NCBI GenBank assembly: GCA_963777945.1 | Contig: CAVZSN010000010.1 | Span: 110,354-174,353, forward strand | Direction of reading: 5' to 3' | DNA length: 64,000 bases | DNA from: an uncultured Actinomycetota bacterium | Lineage (GTDB): Bacteria > Actinomycetota > Thermoleophilia > RBG-16-64-13 | Shown here: piece after piece, positions 48,312-61,052 of the stretch | Layout of the letters: each line of letters begins with the position of its first letter | How positions within the stretch are numbered: the first letter of the stretch is position 1 | Made by a program: the position numbers and the translations under genes | The notes under the pieces: generated by a model | Database searches by the model: none | The model's input: only the letters and a program-made list of their open reading frames with translations | Told to the model about the DNA's origin: nothing

Positions 48312-49575
48312 CTACCCGTTCAGCATCTCCTGTTTCCGCGTGTTGCGGAAGAAGAACAGCGATATGAGGATCACGATGCCGCGTGAGCAGAGCCAGATCA
48401 CGGAATACTCGGTACCCTCGGGCCATGTAACTGGTCGGCGATGTCGATGGCGACGCCGGCGAGGACCGGCGCGACGATGTTGGCGAGGCCCGCGCATCAT
48501 CGAGAACATGCCGGTGAACTGTCCGATGTGTTCCTTGGGCATGAGCCTCATCAGGATGGCGTAGGGCAGCGTCAAGCACGATCGAGCCGCCCAGGCCGAA
48601 GATGGGCAAGAAGATGAAGGCCCACTTGATGTCGCGCATGAAGAAGCCCAACATGCAGCCGCCGAAGAAGACGACCAGGCCGACCCGCATCAGCCGAAAC
48701 CGTCCGTATCTGTCGGCCAGATAGCCGCTGGCCAGAGCCGCGACCATGTAGGTGACGCCCACCAAGCCGAACAGGAGACGCGCCGACCTGGGTCGTCGCA
48801 ACCGAGGGTCTTGAGTGAAGTACAGCATCATGAACGGCCGCAGGCCGGCAAGGGTCGATTCCCACAGGAAGGTGGCGACCATGAACCGCTGTATCGGCTT
48901 GTTCTCCATCGTGGAGCGCCAGATGCGCTTGATCTCCACCCAAGACGCCCGGGCGCTCGAGGCCGGAAGACCTTCTCCGGCTCCGGCTCGCCGATCTTCA
49001 CGACCGTGAGGTAGGTGAAGATCATTATCAGCAGGCCGTCAGAGGATGAACGGCGAGGGGCTCCCACCGATAGAACAGGAACCCGGCGACGACCATGCCG
49101 AGGAACATGCCCGCCGCCGCGCATGAAGGCCTGGTAGCCCTGCACCTTCCCGGCGCTGTTCGCCGGAGTCACATCGGCGATGAGCGACTGGTAGGGAGAC
49201 GTGTAGAAGTGGTAGGCCGCAAAGAAGATGAACGTCGATATGGCGATCGGCACGTACGCCGGGCTGAAACGGCGCCAGCATGAGGGACGCCGCCATGAAC
49301 GGAGCCGCGAAGATCATGAAGGGCTGTCGCCTGCCCCAGCGCTTGGTCCAGATCCGGTCGCTGATCACCCCCACCCAGAGAGGTATCAGGGCCGAGAAGA
49401 TGCCCTCGCCGCCGATGGCGAAACCAATCAAGGTCGCCGACTGCGTGTACCGGTCGAGGATCAGCGGCAGGTAGGTGGTGACGAGGGAAAGCGCCATGGA
49501 GAAGCCGAGGGTGGGAAGGACGAGGACGACCATCGTCCGCACGCTCATCTTGTCCCGGATGATCACACCTCGCAC
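48312..49575 (-). CDS. MFS transporter, GPH (glycoside-pentoside-hexuronide:cation symporter)-like (frameshifted)
   Basis: …ISDRIWTKRWGRRQPFMIFAAPFMAASL… (D-R-x-x-x-R-W-G-R-R-x-P signature), 10-12 predicted TM helices spread over several frames. Confidence 0.65.
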
Positions 49576-49747
49576 CCGCTAGCCTCCCACCATCCGGTCG
49601 GAGCCAGTCCGGATTCTACCAAAGCGGGGTTGCGCGTCCGAGACGCCCGGAAGACCCTGGAGCGCCGCAAGCGAAGGGGGCGGCGCGGACGGCGCCGCCG
49701 TCCGCCTCCGCCCGCCCCGGTCTCGCCGGCGATCCTCAGCGGCGAGA

Positions 49748-50340
49748 GTCAGCGCGCGCTCACGTAGTTCTCGGCGACGAAGTCCCAGTTCACGAGGTTG
49801 TTCAGGAAGGTCTCGACGTATTTGGGCCGCAGGTTGCGATAGTCGATGTAGTAGGCGTGCTCCCACACGTCCACGGTCAGCAGCGCGGTCTGCCCGTGCT
49901 TGAGCGGCAGGTCGGCATTGCTCGGTCTTGGTGACCTTCAGCGCGCCGTTCTCCAGCACCAACCAGGCCCAGCCCGAGCCGAACTGACCCACGGCGGCCG
50001 CCGATGAACTCCTTCTTGAAGTCGTCGAACGACCCGAAGGCGGCGTCGATGGCCTTGGCCAGCTCGCCACTCGGCGCGCCTCCGCCTCCGGGCTTCATGC
50101 AGTTCCAGTAGAACGTGTGGTTCCAGACCTGGGCGGCGTTGTTGAAGAGCGGGCCCTCCGGCCGCAAGGATGATCTCCTCGAGCGACTTGCCGGCGTGTT
50201 CGGTGCCTTCGATCAGTCCGTTGAGGTTGGTCACGTACGCGTTGTGGTGCTTGTCGTGGTGATACTCCAGCGTCTCCTGGCTCAGATACGGGGCCAGCGC
50301 GTCCTTGCGCGTAGGGCAGATCGGGCAGCGTGAAAGCCAT
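49748..50340 (-). CDS. sodA: Fe/Mn superoxide dismutase (one or two frameshifts)
   Basis: [11 protein letters not shown]…, …[19 protein letters not shown]…[16 protein letters not shown]…, …[66 protein letters not shown]…. Confidence 0.9.
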
Positions 50341-50423
50341 GTCTCACTCCTTCTACTTGGACAGCGTTGTGTCGTCTAGCGGCTCTACCCCCGAGCCGCG
50401 CTGCCACAAACCTCGGCTCAGGC

Positions 50424-51769
50424 CTAGGGGACGATTCCCTTGGCTCGCAGGAACTGGCGGACCACATCGGACAGACGGGGCTCTCCCCTCTCGGACATCT
50501 CGTAGGCGACCTGGACGAAAGGTTTGTCGATGCTTGATCAGGCTCCCCAGCGAGAAAGGCGTCGCGCTCACCACCAGATCGGCCGGGTACGGCGTTGATC
50601 GTGGCCTCCAGATCGAGGAGTTGCTCTCGGATAGTAGCCGAGGGCCGGCAGGATCGGGCCCCAGGTGTGGGTAAAGTGGCGTAGGTGTCGGCCAACCTTC
50701 CCTGGGCGTAGGGCCGAGGATCGATGAGCTCGGTCGCCCCGAATTGCCGAGCCGCCTGTGCGCCCGCGCCGGTCGACATCCCGCCGTGGGTGAGCGTAGG
50801 ACCGTCCTCCACCACCAGCACGCGCTTCCCGTCGATCCGCCCGCTCTCGGTGGCCGTGATCACGGAATCGACCCACACGATGGTCGCCCGCGGATTCGCG
50901 CTCCGCGACGTTCGCCTCCACCCGCTCCACGCTCTGGCCGGCGGCGCGCTGCTCACCTTGTTGATGACCACGACATCCGCTCTTCGCAGGTTCACCTCGC
51001 CCGGATGGTAGGCGAGCTCGTGGCCTGGACGGAACGGGATCGACGATGACGATCTCCAGATCGGAGCGCAGGAAGGAGAAGTCGTTGTTGCCTCCGTCCC
51101 AGATGATGAGGGAAGCCTCCTTCTCCACCTCCGCGACGATCGCCTGGTAGTCCACGCCCGGCCCAGACGTCGAGCCCCCGGCGCAGGTGAGGCTCGTAGT
51201 CCTCCCGTTCTTCCACCGTGGCGTCGTAACGGTCGAGATCCTCCAGACTGCGGAAGCGTTGTACCCTCTGAGCAAGAAGGTCACCGTACGGCATGGGATG
51301 GCGGATGACCGCCGGGCGCAGGCCTTCACGCAGAAGCAGGTCGGCCATGAACCGCGATACGGGGCTCTTGCCCGCTCCGGTCCGCACGGCCAGCACCGAG
51401 ATGACCGGCACCGAGCACTGCGATGGCGGTGCTGCCCGGGCCGAGAAGAGCGAAGTCCGCTCCGGCCGCCAGCACCCGCGACGCCTGGTGCATGACGAAT
51501 TCGTGGCAGACGTCGCTGTAGGCGAAGATCACCTCGTCGACAGCGTCGCTCGCGGATGAGGGCCTCGAGTTCGACCTCGGGGACGATCGGGATGCCGTCG
51601 GGATAGTGCGGCCCGGCCAGCTCCGGCGGGTAGGTCCGGCGATCGATCCCGGGGATCTGGGTGGCGGTGAAGGCCACCACGCGCGTGTCGGGTCACTCCC
51701 GATAGACCACGTTGAAGTTGTGGAAATCGCGCCCTGCCGCGCCCATGATCACCACTCGCTTCTGCTTCC
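50424..51769 (-). CDS. COG2403 predicted GTPase, homolog of archaeal cyclic 2,3-diphosphoglycerate synthetase (frameshifted)
   Basis: …VVIMGAAGRDFHNFNVVYRE…, …GAGKSPVSRF… (P-loop-like), …IWDGGNNDFSF…, …YHPGEVNLRRADVVVINKV…, …GKRVLVVEDGPTLTHGGM…, C-terminus …VVRQFLRAKGIVP*. Confidence 0.55.
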
Positions 51770-51865
51770 ACCGTGACCTCCTGTTCGACCACGTATCGGC
51801 CGCGGCCGGCGTAATCCCGACTGCTACCTGCATTCTAGATGGCTGAGGCCCCTTCCGAAAGGAAG

Positions 51866-52268
51866 GAGCCTCGCGTTAGCAGCCCTATAAGCCGGATTCT
51901 GTCCCACGGGCTGCTGAGGAACGAGCCCCAGCAGCCCGCTTGGGCAACCATCTATCTGCGGCCGTTCGTTGCCGGACGGCTCATGCGGCCAACCCGGAGA
52001 CTCGGGCGAGCAACCCTCGAGCGCCTCCTGTTCGGCCTTGCACCGGGTGGGGCTTGCCTGGCCGCCGTGTCACCACGGCGCCGGTGCGCTCTTACCGCAC
52101 CATTTCACCTTCGCAGCCGGACGTGCCGGCGTGCTGTGTCATTTCTGTTGCGCTTTCCCTGGGGTTTCCCCCGCTGGACGTTATCCAGCACCCTGCTCTG
52201 TGGTGTCCGGACTTTCCTCGAAGACCCGCCCAAAGACGCGTCCCCGCGGCTACCCAGGCTGCGCGCGA
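51866..52268 (-). ncRNA. rnpB: RNase P RNA (bacterial type A)
   Basis: Minus strand contains …GAGGAAAGTCCGGAC… (P4 5' strand), …AAGGTGAAATGGTGCGGTAAGAGCGCACC… (P10-P12 hallmark) and …ACAGAATCCGGCTTATAGG… (P4 3' strand) in the correct order and spacing. Confidence 0.8.
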
Positions 52269-52312
52269 AGTATAACAGGATAGGCCGCGAGCGCGCCGCG
52301 GCCGAGAGCCGG

Positions 52313-53341
52313 CTACTGGCGCACGTCCGCCGCCCAGCCCTCGGGGATGGGAAACGACTTGGCGAAGTGGCAGGCCGCACGGTGACCGATGGCCACCTCG
52401 TTGAGCGGCGGCTCCTGCTCGCTGCAGATGGGGAACTGCGCGATGGGACAGCGGGTGTGGAACCGGCAACCGCTGGGCGGGTTGATCGGGGCTGGGTACG
52501 TCACCCTGCAGGATGATCCGCGTCGCGGTGCCGCTGCTTCTCCGGGTCGGGCACGGGCACCGCCGACAGGAGCGACTGCGTGTAGGGGTGGTTGGGGGTG
52601 TTGTAGACCTCTCGCCATCCCCCGATCTCGACGATCTTGCCCAGATACATGACCGCCACGCGGTCGCAGATGTGCCGGATGACCGCCAGGTCGTGCGCGA
52701 TGAACAGATAGGTGAGGCCGAACTCCTCCTGCAACTCCTCCAAGCAGGTTGATGATCTGCGCCTGGATGGATACGTCGAGAGCCGAGACAGGCTCGTCGC
52801 AGATGATCATCTTGGGCCGCAGCATGAGCGCGCGGGCGATCCCGCACCCGCTGCCGCTGTCCGCCGGAGAACTCGTGCGGGTAGCGATTGATGTGCTCGG
52901 GATTGAGCCCCACGATCTTGAGCATCTCCTTGCAGCGCTCCTCGCGCTCCTTGCGCGTCCCCACCCCGTGGATGACCAGCGGCTCGGACATGATCTCGCC
53001 GAAGGTCATCCGCGGGTTGAGCGAGGCATACGGGTCCTGGAAGATGAACTGCACGTCCCGCCGGTACGGCCTTGAGCTTCTTGCCCTTGAGCGCCCGCAC
53101 GTCCATGTCCCCGAAGCTGGATCTGCCCGGCGGTCGGCTCGAGCAGCCGGATTGATCAGCGTCCGGTGGTCGACTTGCCGCAACCCGACTCACCCACCAG
53201 ACCGAGGGTCTCGCCTTCGTGCGACGGCGAACGAGACGTCGTCGACGGCTTTGACCGTCTCGCCGAAACGGGAGAAGATGACCCCCTGGCCGACGCGAAG
53301 TGCTTGTTGAGGTTCTCTACCTTGAGGAGCGGCTCGTTCAC
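52313..53341 (-). CDS. oligopeptide/dipeptide ABC transporter ATP-binding protein (OppF/DppF-like; frameshifted)
   Basis: …[16 protein letters not shown]… (Walker A), …[13 protein letters not shown]… (ABC signature), …[28 protein letters not shown]…, C-terminal oligopeptide-transporter domain …[10 protein letters not shown]…. Confidence 0.8.
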
Positions 53342-54378
53342 TCGTACTCACCTTCCGCGCGGTGACGACGTAGCAGAGCCTGTTCTCGAACCGGCGATGA
53401 ACTCCGGATCGGCCGCAGAAGTGACAGGACGACAGGTGCCCGGGCTCTATCTCCACAAGGGCGGCGGCTTCTGTGCGGCACATAGCGAGTGGCGTGGGCG
53501 CACCGCGGACTGAAGGCACATCCCGACGGAAGAGTGATGAGACTGGGAGGCTGCCCGTTGATGGGGCAGAGGGCGCCTTTGTCGTCCACGTCGTGCCGCG
53601 GCAGGCTCTCCAGCAGGCCCCACGTGTACGGGTGCAGCGGCTGGTAGAACACGTCGTCGGCGGGCCGTACTCGACGGCCTTGCCCGCGTACATCACCAGG
53701 ATGTGGTCGGCCATGTCGGCCACCACACCCAGGTCGTGGGTGATCATGATGATGGCCGACTCGGTGCGTTTCTGGATCTCCTGCATGAGCTCGAGGATCT
53801 GGGCCTGGATGGTCACGTCCAGAGCCGTGGTCGGCTCGTCGGCGATGAGGATATCGGGACCGCAGGCCAGGGCCATCGCGATCATGGCCCTCTGCCGCAT
53901 GCCGCCGGAGAACTCGTGCGGGTAGTTGCGGGCCCGCTCTTCGGCCTGAGGGATGCCCACCTGTGCCAGCAATTCCACCGCCGCCGCCCAGGCGTCGGAC
54001 TTGCTCATGCCCTTGTGCAGCCGGAGCGGTTCGGCGATCTGCTTGCCGATGCGATATACCGGGTTGAGCGAGGTCATGGGGTCCTGAAAGATCATGGCGA
54101 TCCGGTTGCCGCGCAGCTTGCCGCTGCTCCTTCTCGCTCATCGTGAGGACGCTCTGCCCGTTGAAGCGGATATCCCCGCTCACCACCTTGCCCGGAGGCT
54201 CGGGGATCAGACGCATGATCGAGAGCGCCGTGACCGACTTGCCGGAGCCCGACTCCCCCACCACGCCCAGGGTCTTGCCGGCTTCGAGGGTGAACGTCAC
54301 CCCGTCGACGGCCTTGACCACGCCGTCGCGGGTGAAGAAGTGCATGTGGAGATCGTCTACTTCGAGAAGCGGGGGCAC
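53338..54378 (-). CDS. oligopeptide/dipeptide ABC transporter ATP-binding protein (OppD/DppD-like; frameshifted)
   Basis: [50 protein letters not shown]…, …[47 protein letters not shown]…. Confidence 0.85.
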   Translation of the reverse strand: MPPLLEVDDLHMHFFTRDGVVKAVDGVTFTLEAGKTLGVVGESGSGKSVTALSIMRLIPEPPGKVVSGDIRFNGQSVLTMSEKEQRQAARQPDRHDLSGPHDLAQPGISHRQADRRTAPAAQGHEQVRRLGGGGGIAGTGGHPSGRRAGPQLPARVLRRHAAEGHDRDGPGLRSRYPHRRRADHGSGRDHPGPDPRAHAGDPETHRVGHHHDHPRPGCGGRHGRPHPGDVRGQGRRVRPADDVFYQPLHPYTWGLLESLPRHDVDDKGALCPINGQPPSLITLPSGCAFSPRCAHATRYVPHRSRRPCGDRARAPVVLSLLRPIRSSSPVREQALLRRHRAEGEYE

Positions 54379-54380
54379 TA

Positions 54381-55377
54381 CTACTCCTTCAGTTTCACGT
54401 CGAGGGCATCACGCAGACCGTCGCCCAGCAGGACGAAAGCCAGCACGGTGGTGAGGATGGCGAGCCCGGGACAGATCATGAGCCACGGCGCCGTGAACAT
54501 GAACGACCGGGCTTCGGAAAGCATGAGGCCCCACGACGGCGCCGGAGGCTGGACTCCCATGCCCAGGAAGCTGAGGGCCGCCTCGGTCAGGATGGCGCCC
54601 CCGATGCTCATCGTGGCGTAGCACGATGATCGGGGCTATGGAGTTCGGCATGATGTGCCGCGAAAGATGATCGAGGGGTCGAGGCCCCCATGGCTCGGGC
54701 CGCGTCGACGTACTCGTTCTTCTTGATGCCCAGTATCGAGCTTCGGAACACTCGGGCGATGCTGGGCCACCCCAAGAACCCGATGGCAATGAAGACGTTC
54801 TGAAACCCCCTGACCCAGTACCGCGATCAAGGCGATGGCGAACAGGATGTAGGGGAAGGCGAAGAACACGTCGGCGGTACGCATGATGAAGCTGTCCACC
54901 AGCCCGCCGTAGTAGGCCGCGATGGCTCCGAGCACCAGGCCGACGACGACCATGATGACCACGGCCACGATCACCCACCATGAGCGACACCCGCGCGCCG
55001 TAGATCACCCGGGAGGCGATGTCACGGCCCAGTTCGTCGGTACCGAAGGGATGCTCGGGCCACGAAGGCGGAAGCAGGTCCTCCTGGGCCACGGTCGTGC
55101 TATCGATGGCTATGGGGTCGCCCAAGCAGTGGGGCACCCAGAGGTCGGCGGTCACCGCGATGAGGATCATGATGATGATCCAGACAAGACCGGCCATCGC
55201 CAGCTTGTTCTTGCGCAGCCGCCGCCAGGCATCGGCCCGCAGCGTGCGGCCCTTGCCGGCGAAGGTCTCCACGTCACCGATGGCGATATCCGCCGGGCCG
55301 CCGTCGGCGGTGGGGACCGGCGGGGCGACCGGTTCGGTCGGATCCCTGAACTCGTTCCGATCTCCGAAGTCGCTCAC
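54381..55377 (-). CDS. oligopeptide/dipeptide ABC transporter permease (OppC/DppC-like; frameshifted)
   Basis: …[25 protein letters not shown]…, EAA-like region …[24 protein letters not shown]…, C-terminus …[14 protein letters not shown]. Confidence 0.8.
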
Positions 55378-55378
55378 G

Positions 55379-56360
55379 TCACGCTACTTGCGTGCCGTAG
55401 CGGATGCGCGGATCGAGGAAGGCATAGCTGATATCAACAATCAAGTTGATCACCATGACCAGTATCACGATGATGACCGTCGCCTCCCATGACGATCGGC
55501 CAGTCTCGCTGGCCGATGGCCATGTATATCTCGTAGCCGATCCCCGGCCAGTTGAACACCGTCTCGGTGAGGATGGTCCCCCCGATCATGGCCGCCAGAT
55601 CGAGACCCAGGAAGGTGACCACCGGGATCATCGCGTTCTTCATGGCCGTGGCCGCCAGATGACCTGGCGGTCCGACAGCCCCTTCGCCGACGCCGTGCGC
55701 ATGTAGTCCTGTCCCGTGCACTTCCAGCAACTGGCTGCGCGTGATCCGGGCGCAGTAGGCGGTCGAGATCGCAGCCAGAGTCACCGCCGGCAGGATGATA
55801 TGGATCGACGGTGGGGAAGTTCCGCGACGACATGCCCGACATGGGCAGGTACGGCAGACCCCATTGCTTGAACTTGATGCCAAACAGTATCTGCAGCAGC
55901 ATCCCCAGCCAGAAGACCGGCAGCGAGACGAGCATCGACGTGCTGAAGCGTCACCAGGATGTCCCAGAAGGAGTAGCGCTTGACCGCCGAGATTATCCCC
56001 GCCGCAATACCGAAGATCGTCTCGATGATGATGGCGACAACAGCCAGCTTGATGGTGTTGGGCAACTTCTCCAAGAGGACGTCCGCGACCGGGCGCCTGA
56101 GCTGGTACGACGTCGCCCAGATCTCCCTGGAGCAGGCTGACCACGTAGTTCTCGTACTGGACGATAGAGGGATCGATCGAGCCCGTTCTTCTTGACGAGC
56201 TGGTTGTAGAGCGTCTCGGAGATGGCTTTCTCGCCCGTGATCAGCTTGATCGGGTCGCCAGGCAGCACGCCCAGGAGCCCGCAAGATGAAGAGGATGATG
56301 GTGACCCCGATGAACACCGGGATCATCTGCAGGACGCGCCGGCCGATGTAGGTCGATCAT
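55379..56360 (-). CDS. oligopeptide/dipeptide ABC transporter permease (OppB/DppB-like; frameshifted, 1-nt insertion right after start)
   Basis: MID(Y)IGRRVLQMIPVFIGVTIILFIL…, …LPGDPIKLITGEKA…, C-terminus …YAFLDPRIRYGTQVA*. Stop overlaps GTG of next gene (GTGA). Confidence 0.8.
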
Positions 56361-56397
56361 CCGGCTTCCGTCACGTGCTCCTCGGGTCAGAAAGGTA

Positions 56398-56429
56398 GCG
56401 GTAGGGCGCCCGCAGGGGCGCCCTACCGC
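56398..56429 (-). promoter_or_regulatory. intercistronic perfect hairpin (14-bp GC-rich stem, GCAG loop) between substrate-binding-protein gene and permease genes
   Basis: GCGGTAGGGCGCCC-GCAG-GGGCGCCCTACCGC begins 8 nt after the dppA-like stop. No strong U-tract follows. Confidence 0.5.
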
Positions 56430-56436
56430 ATCGATG

Positions 56437-58223
56437 TTACTTCTTCGCTCGCAGAACACTAGGATAACGATGCTTCTACTGCTTGTCCGCGTCGATCCAG
56501 GTCTTCTCGAAGCTCGCCAGCGTGAGCGGGCTATAGATGAGCCCATGGACCCGGTCGGAGCCGACATTCTGGTGTGCGTAGTTCACATCGGGATGAGCAG
56601 GAGCATCTTCGCCCGTCAGTCTTCTCGACTTCCTGGTACCTTGGCGACCCTGGCAGCGGTGTCGGCGGTTGCGCGCGCTTCGATGATGAGCAGCGTCGAA
56701 CGCCGGGTTGTTGTATTTGCCGTAGTTGTCGGCGGCCGTGCTGAACAGGAGCGGGTACAGGAAGTTGTCGATGATCGGGTAGTCGGCGATCCAGCCGAAC
56801 GGCTGATCTGATAGTTGCCCGGTCGCAGCGTGTCGCAGGAGACTGCGCCCACTCGGTGCCTTCGATCTTGACGTTGACACCGATAGCGGCCGAGGTCGGC
56901 CTGGACCAGGGCTAGACCTTCTCGTGGCTGCCGCCGGTGTTGTAGATGATGGTGAGTTCGGGCAGGCCTTCGCCGTTCGGGATAGCCGGCCTTGGCGAGA
57001 TGCTGCCTTGGCCGCCTCCACGTCGTACTTGGCGTACGGCCAGGCGCTTGGGCTGCGTAGCCCACGACACCCGTCGGGACGATGCCGTGGCCGGCATGCG
57101 GGTGCCCTCATAGACGGTGTCGCAGATGGCCTGGCGGTTGATGGCCAGGGAGAGGGCCTGGCGCAGATCGGCGTTCTTGAGCAGATCGGGTCGGCGATGT
57201 TGAGGATGAGGTAGTAGATGCCGATGACTCGGCACCGGTGATGACCTGTTTGCCGGGCTCGATGGTCTAGCCGTTCTCGGCGCTTTCGCCGTACTGAGCC
57301 TTCGCGGCCTTGACCTGGCCGGACGGGATGTCGGTGAAGTCGAGGTTGCCGGCCTGGAACTCCAGGAACGCGGTCTCGTTGTCTTTGAAGATCTTGAAGT
57401 CGATGCCGTCGAGGATGGGCCTTGTCACCGTAGTAGTCGTCGTTGCGGACTACCTTGATGGACTGGTCGTGCTGCCACGGACTCGCCATCTTGAAGGGAC
57501 CGTTGCCGATGGGCATGTCGGCGAAGGCTGCCGGATCTTTCTCGACCTCTTCCTTGCGGCACCGGGCCGAGAGTCGGGTGACCGACGACATACTCGAAGT
57601 CACCGAAGGAGTACTTCAGGGTGACTTCCAGGGTGTAGTCGTCGACTGCCTTGACCCCGGTCAGTCTCGGTGGCGGTACCGGCCTGCATCTCGTCATAGC
57701 CCTTGATGGCCTCGAGGTGGTAGGAGACCTCCGACTCGTTGACCGGGTTGCAGATGCGTTCCCACGCGTACTTGAAGTCGGCGGCCGTGACCGCACGCAC
57801 CGTTGTGGAACTTGGCGTTCTTGTTCAGATGGAACGTCCACACGGTGGCGTCGGCGTTGGCTTCCCACTTCTCGGCCGCCGCAGGCATGATCTCGATGGT
57901 GATGGGGTCGAAGGCCACCAGGCTGTCGAACACGCCTGGACGACCTGCACACCTTCGGATTCCTGCCCGTTGAGCGGCTCGATGAAGGCCGGCTCGATGA
58001 TGAAGAAGTTGACGATGCCGCCGGGCGCCGGGCCGGCGGCGACGGTCGTGGTGGTCTCAGCCGGTGCGGCCGTGGTGGTCGGACCGGCTGCCGTCGTGGT
58101 CGGGCCGCTCGGGGCGGCCGTAGTGGTGGTCTCTTCCGCTTCGCCGCACGCCGTCGCGAGGCCGACGACGGCGACCAGCACGACTACGAGAGCAAGGACA
58201 AACCAGATGTTCTTCTTGTGCAT
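56437..58223 (-). CDS. oligopeptide/dipeptide ABC transporter substrate-binding lipoprotein (family 5 SBP; frameshifted)
   Basis: MHKKNIWFVLALVVVLVAVVGLATAC-G lipobox, Thr/Ala/Pro-rich linker (…TTTTAAPSGPTTTAAGPTTTAAPAETTTTVAAGPAP…), then SBP_bac_5-like body. Confidence 0.8.
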
Positions 58224-58334
58224 AAACTTCTTCCCTCCTTGACTTCTAGACACCCCACGCCACTGTTCCTTCTCTGACTATCACCACCTCCCCCGCACTC
58301 GCGTGCAGTTCCCGACTCCGTGTGTAGTCAGCCC

Positions 58335-58554
58335 TCACACGACATAAGCGAGAGCGATCGAGACGATGAAAAAGGCGACCGCGCACCGCCACGGTCAGCC
58401 GGTCGAGGTTCTTCTGGACCACTCCACTGCCGCCGAACGCGCCCGAGCCACCGAAAGTCGTCGAGAGACCGGCGTCCTTGCCGGAGTGAAGGAACACCAG
58501 CAGCAGTACCCCCAGCCCGAGGATGGTGTCAAGCGCCACTAGAACGTATAGCAC
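58335..58554 (-). CDS. secG: preprotein translocase subunit SecG (GTG start; one frameshift near C-terminus)
   Basis: VLYVLVALDTILGLGVLLLVFLHSGKDAGLSTTFGGSGAFGGSGVVQKNLDRLTVAVAVAFFIVSIALAYVV* after correcting one indel. RBS GAGAGGAAAG. Confidence 0.75.
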
Positions 58555-60197
58555 CGCTTTCCTCTCTCTCGAATGACCCGGCCCAGCAATCGGCCGCGCG
58601 GAGCCGCGCGAGATTTTACAGCAAGTTATCACCTTCAGGTGCAGTCCTGCATACACATTTTGGCATATTCAATGCAGCCGTTCGACCCTAGCAGAGAGGC
58701 CTTCCCGTCATCTCTGCGGGTACGGGTAAGCCCGAGGAAACAGAGCAGGGTGGGCGCGATGTCGGCCAGACCTGCGCCTTCGCGCAGCTTGCAAGTGCCT
58801 CGTCCAGCACGATCAGCGGTACCCGGTCGGTGCTGTGCGCCGTGTCGGCGCTGCCGTCCGGCTGCAGCATCACCTCGGCGTTACCGTGGTCGGCGGTGAT
58901 CATGATCTTCGCCCCGTCCGCGCCCAGGATCTGCGACCACCCGACCCAGGCAGCGGTCCACATGCTCGAGTGCAGCCACCGTGGCCGGGATATCGCCCGT
59001 GTGGCCCACCATGTCGGGATTGGCGAAGTTGAGGACCACGAAGTCGACCGGGTCCTCGGCCGATGGTCTTCTCCAGGCAGTCGACCACCTCGTAGGCGCT
59101 CATCTGCGGCTTCTGGTCGTAGGTGCTGCACGTCCTTGGGCGACGGCACCAGACATCTCCTCTCGCCCGGGAACGGCGCTCTCCCGTCCCCCGTTGAAGA
59201 AGAAGGTGACGTGCGCGTACTTCTCCGTCTCGGCGATGTGGAGCTGAGTCAGACCGGCCTCGCTGATCGACCTCGGCCAGGACATGCCGGGGCTCCTCCT
59301 TGGGGAACGCCACCCCCACTCCCAGCCGGGGGTCGTACTCGGTCATGCCGACGAGATCCACGAGCGGCGGCGCCGTCCCCCGGTCGAATCCGGTGAAGTC
59401 CGCCTGCGTGAGCGCGGCGCATATCTCCCGAGCCCTGTCGGGGCGGAAGTTGAAGAAGACCACGCCGTCGCCGGCCTCACGCGCGAAGCCGGGGTCGGTC
59501 GGACACGACCGTGGGCAGGATGAACTCGTCGGTCTCGCCTCGGCTCGTACGATTCCTCGCACCGCGGCGGCCGCGCTCGGCGCCGCCAGGCCCATCGCCA
59601 TGGACGAGAGCGTCGTAGGCCAGCTTCACCCGCTCCCAGCGCTTGTCGCGGTCCATGGCGTAGTAGCGGCCGGCCACGGTGGCTATGCGTCCCGCGACCC
59701 TCGCTCGTCGAGGAACTCCTCCAGCTCGCCGCACATACTCGATACCGGCCGTGGGAGACGTGTCCCGGCCGTCCATGAAGGCGTGGATGTAGACGCGCTC
59801 CAGCCCCTGCCGCCCGGCCAGTTGCGACGAGCGCTTTCAGGTGCTCCAGCGCCGAATGCACGCCCGCGTCGGACAGCAGGCCCATCAGATGGAGCGACCC
59901 GCCGCGCGCGCCGGTGCGCTCGATCACGCCGCCGAGGACGGGGTTGGCAAAGAACGACCCGTCGGCGACGGCCCGGTTGATGCGAGAGAGGTCCTGATAG
60001 ATGACACGGCCCGACGCCGATGGTGAGGTGGCCCACCTCGGAGTTGCCCATGACTCCGGCGGGAAGACCCACCGCCTCTCCGCTCGCCTCGAGCAGCACG
60101 TGGGGATACCTCGCCCACAGCGCGTCCCACACCGGGGTCTGGGCCAGCGAGATGGCGTTTCCGGGGCCGGGCGGTGCGCATCCCCAGCCGTCGAGGA

Positions 60198-60995
<798 letters not shown>

Positions 60996-61052
60996 TATCA
61001 GCGGGACGCGCAGGCGGGCTGGCTCGTGCGCGTCTCGCAGCGATCAGTCGGG

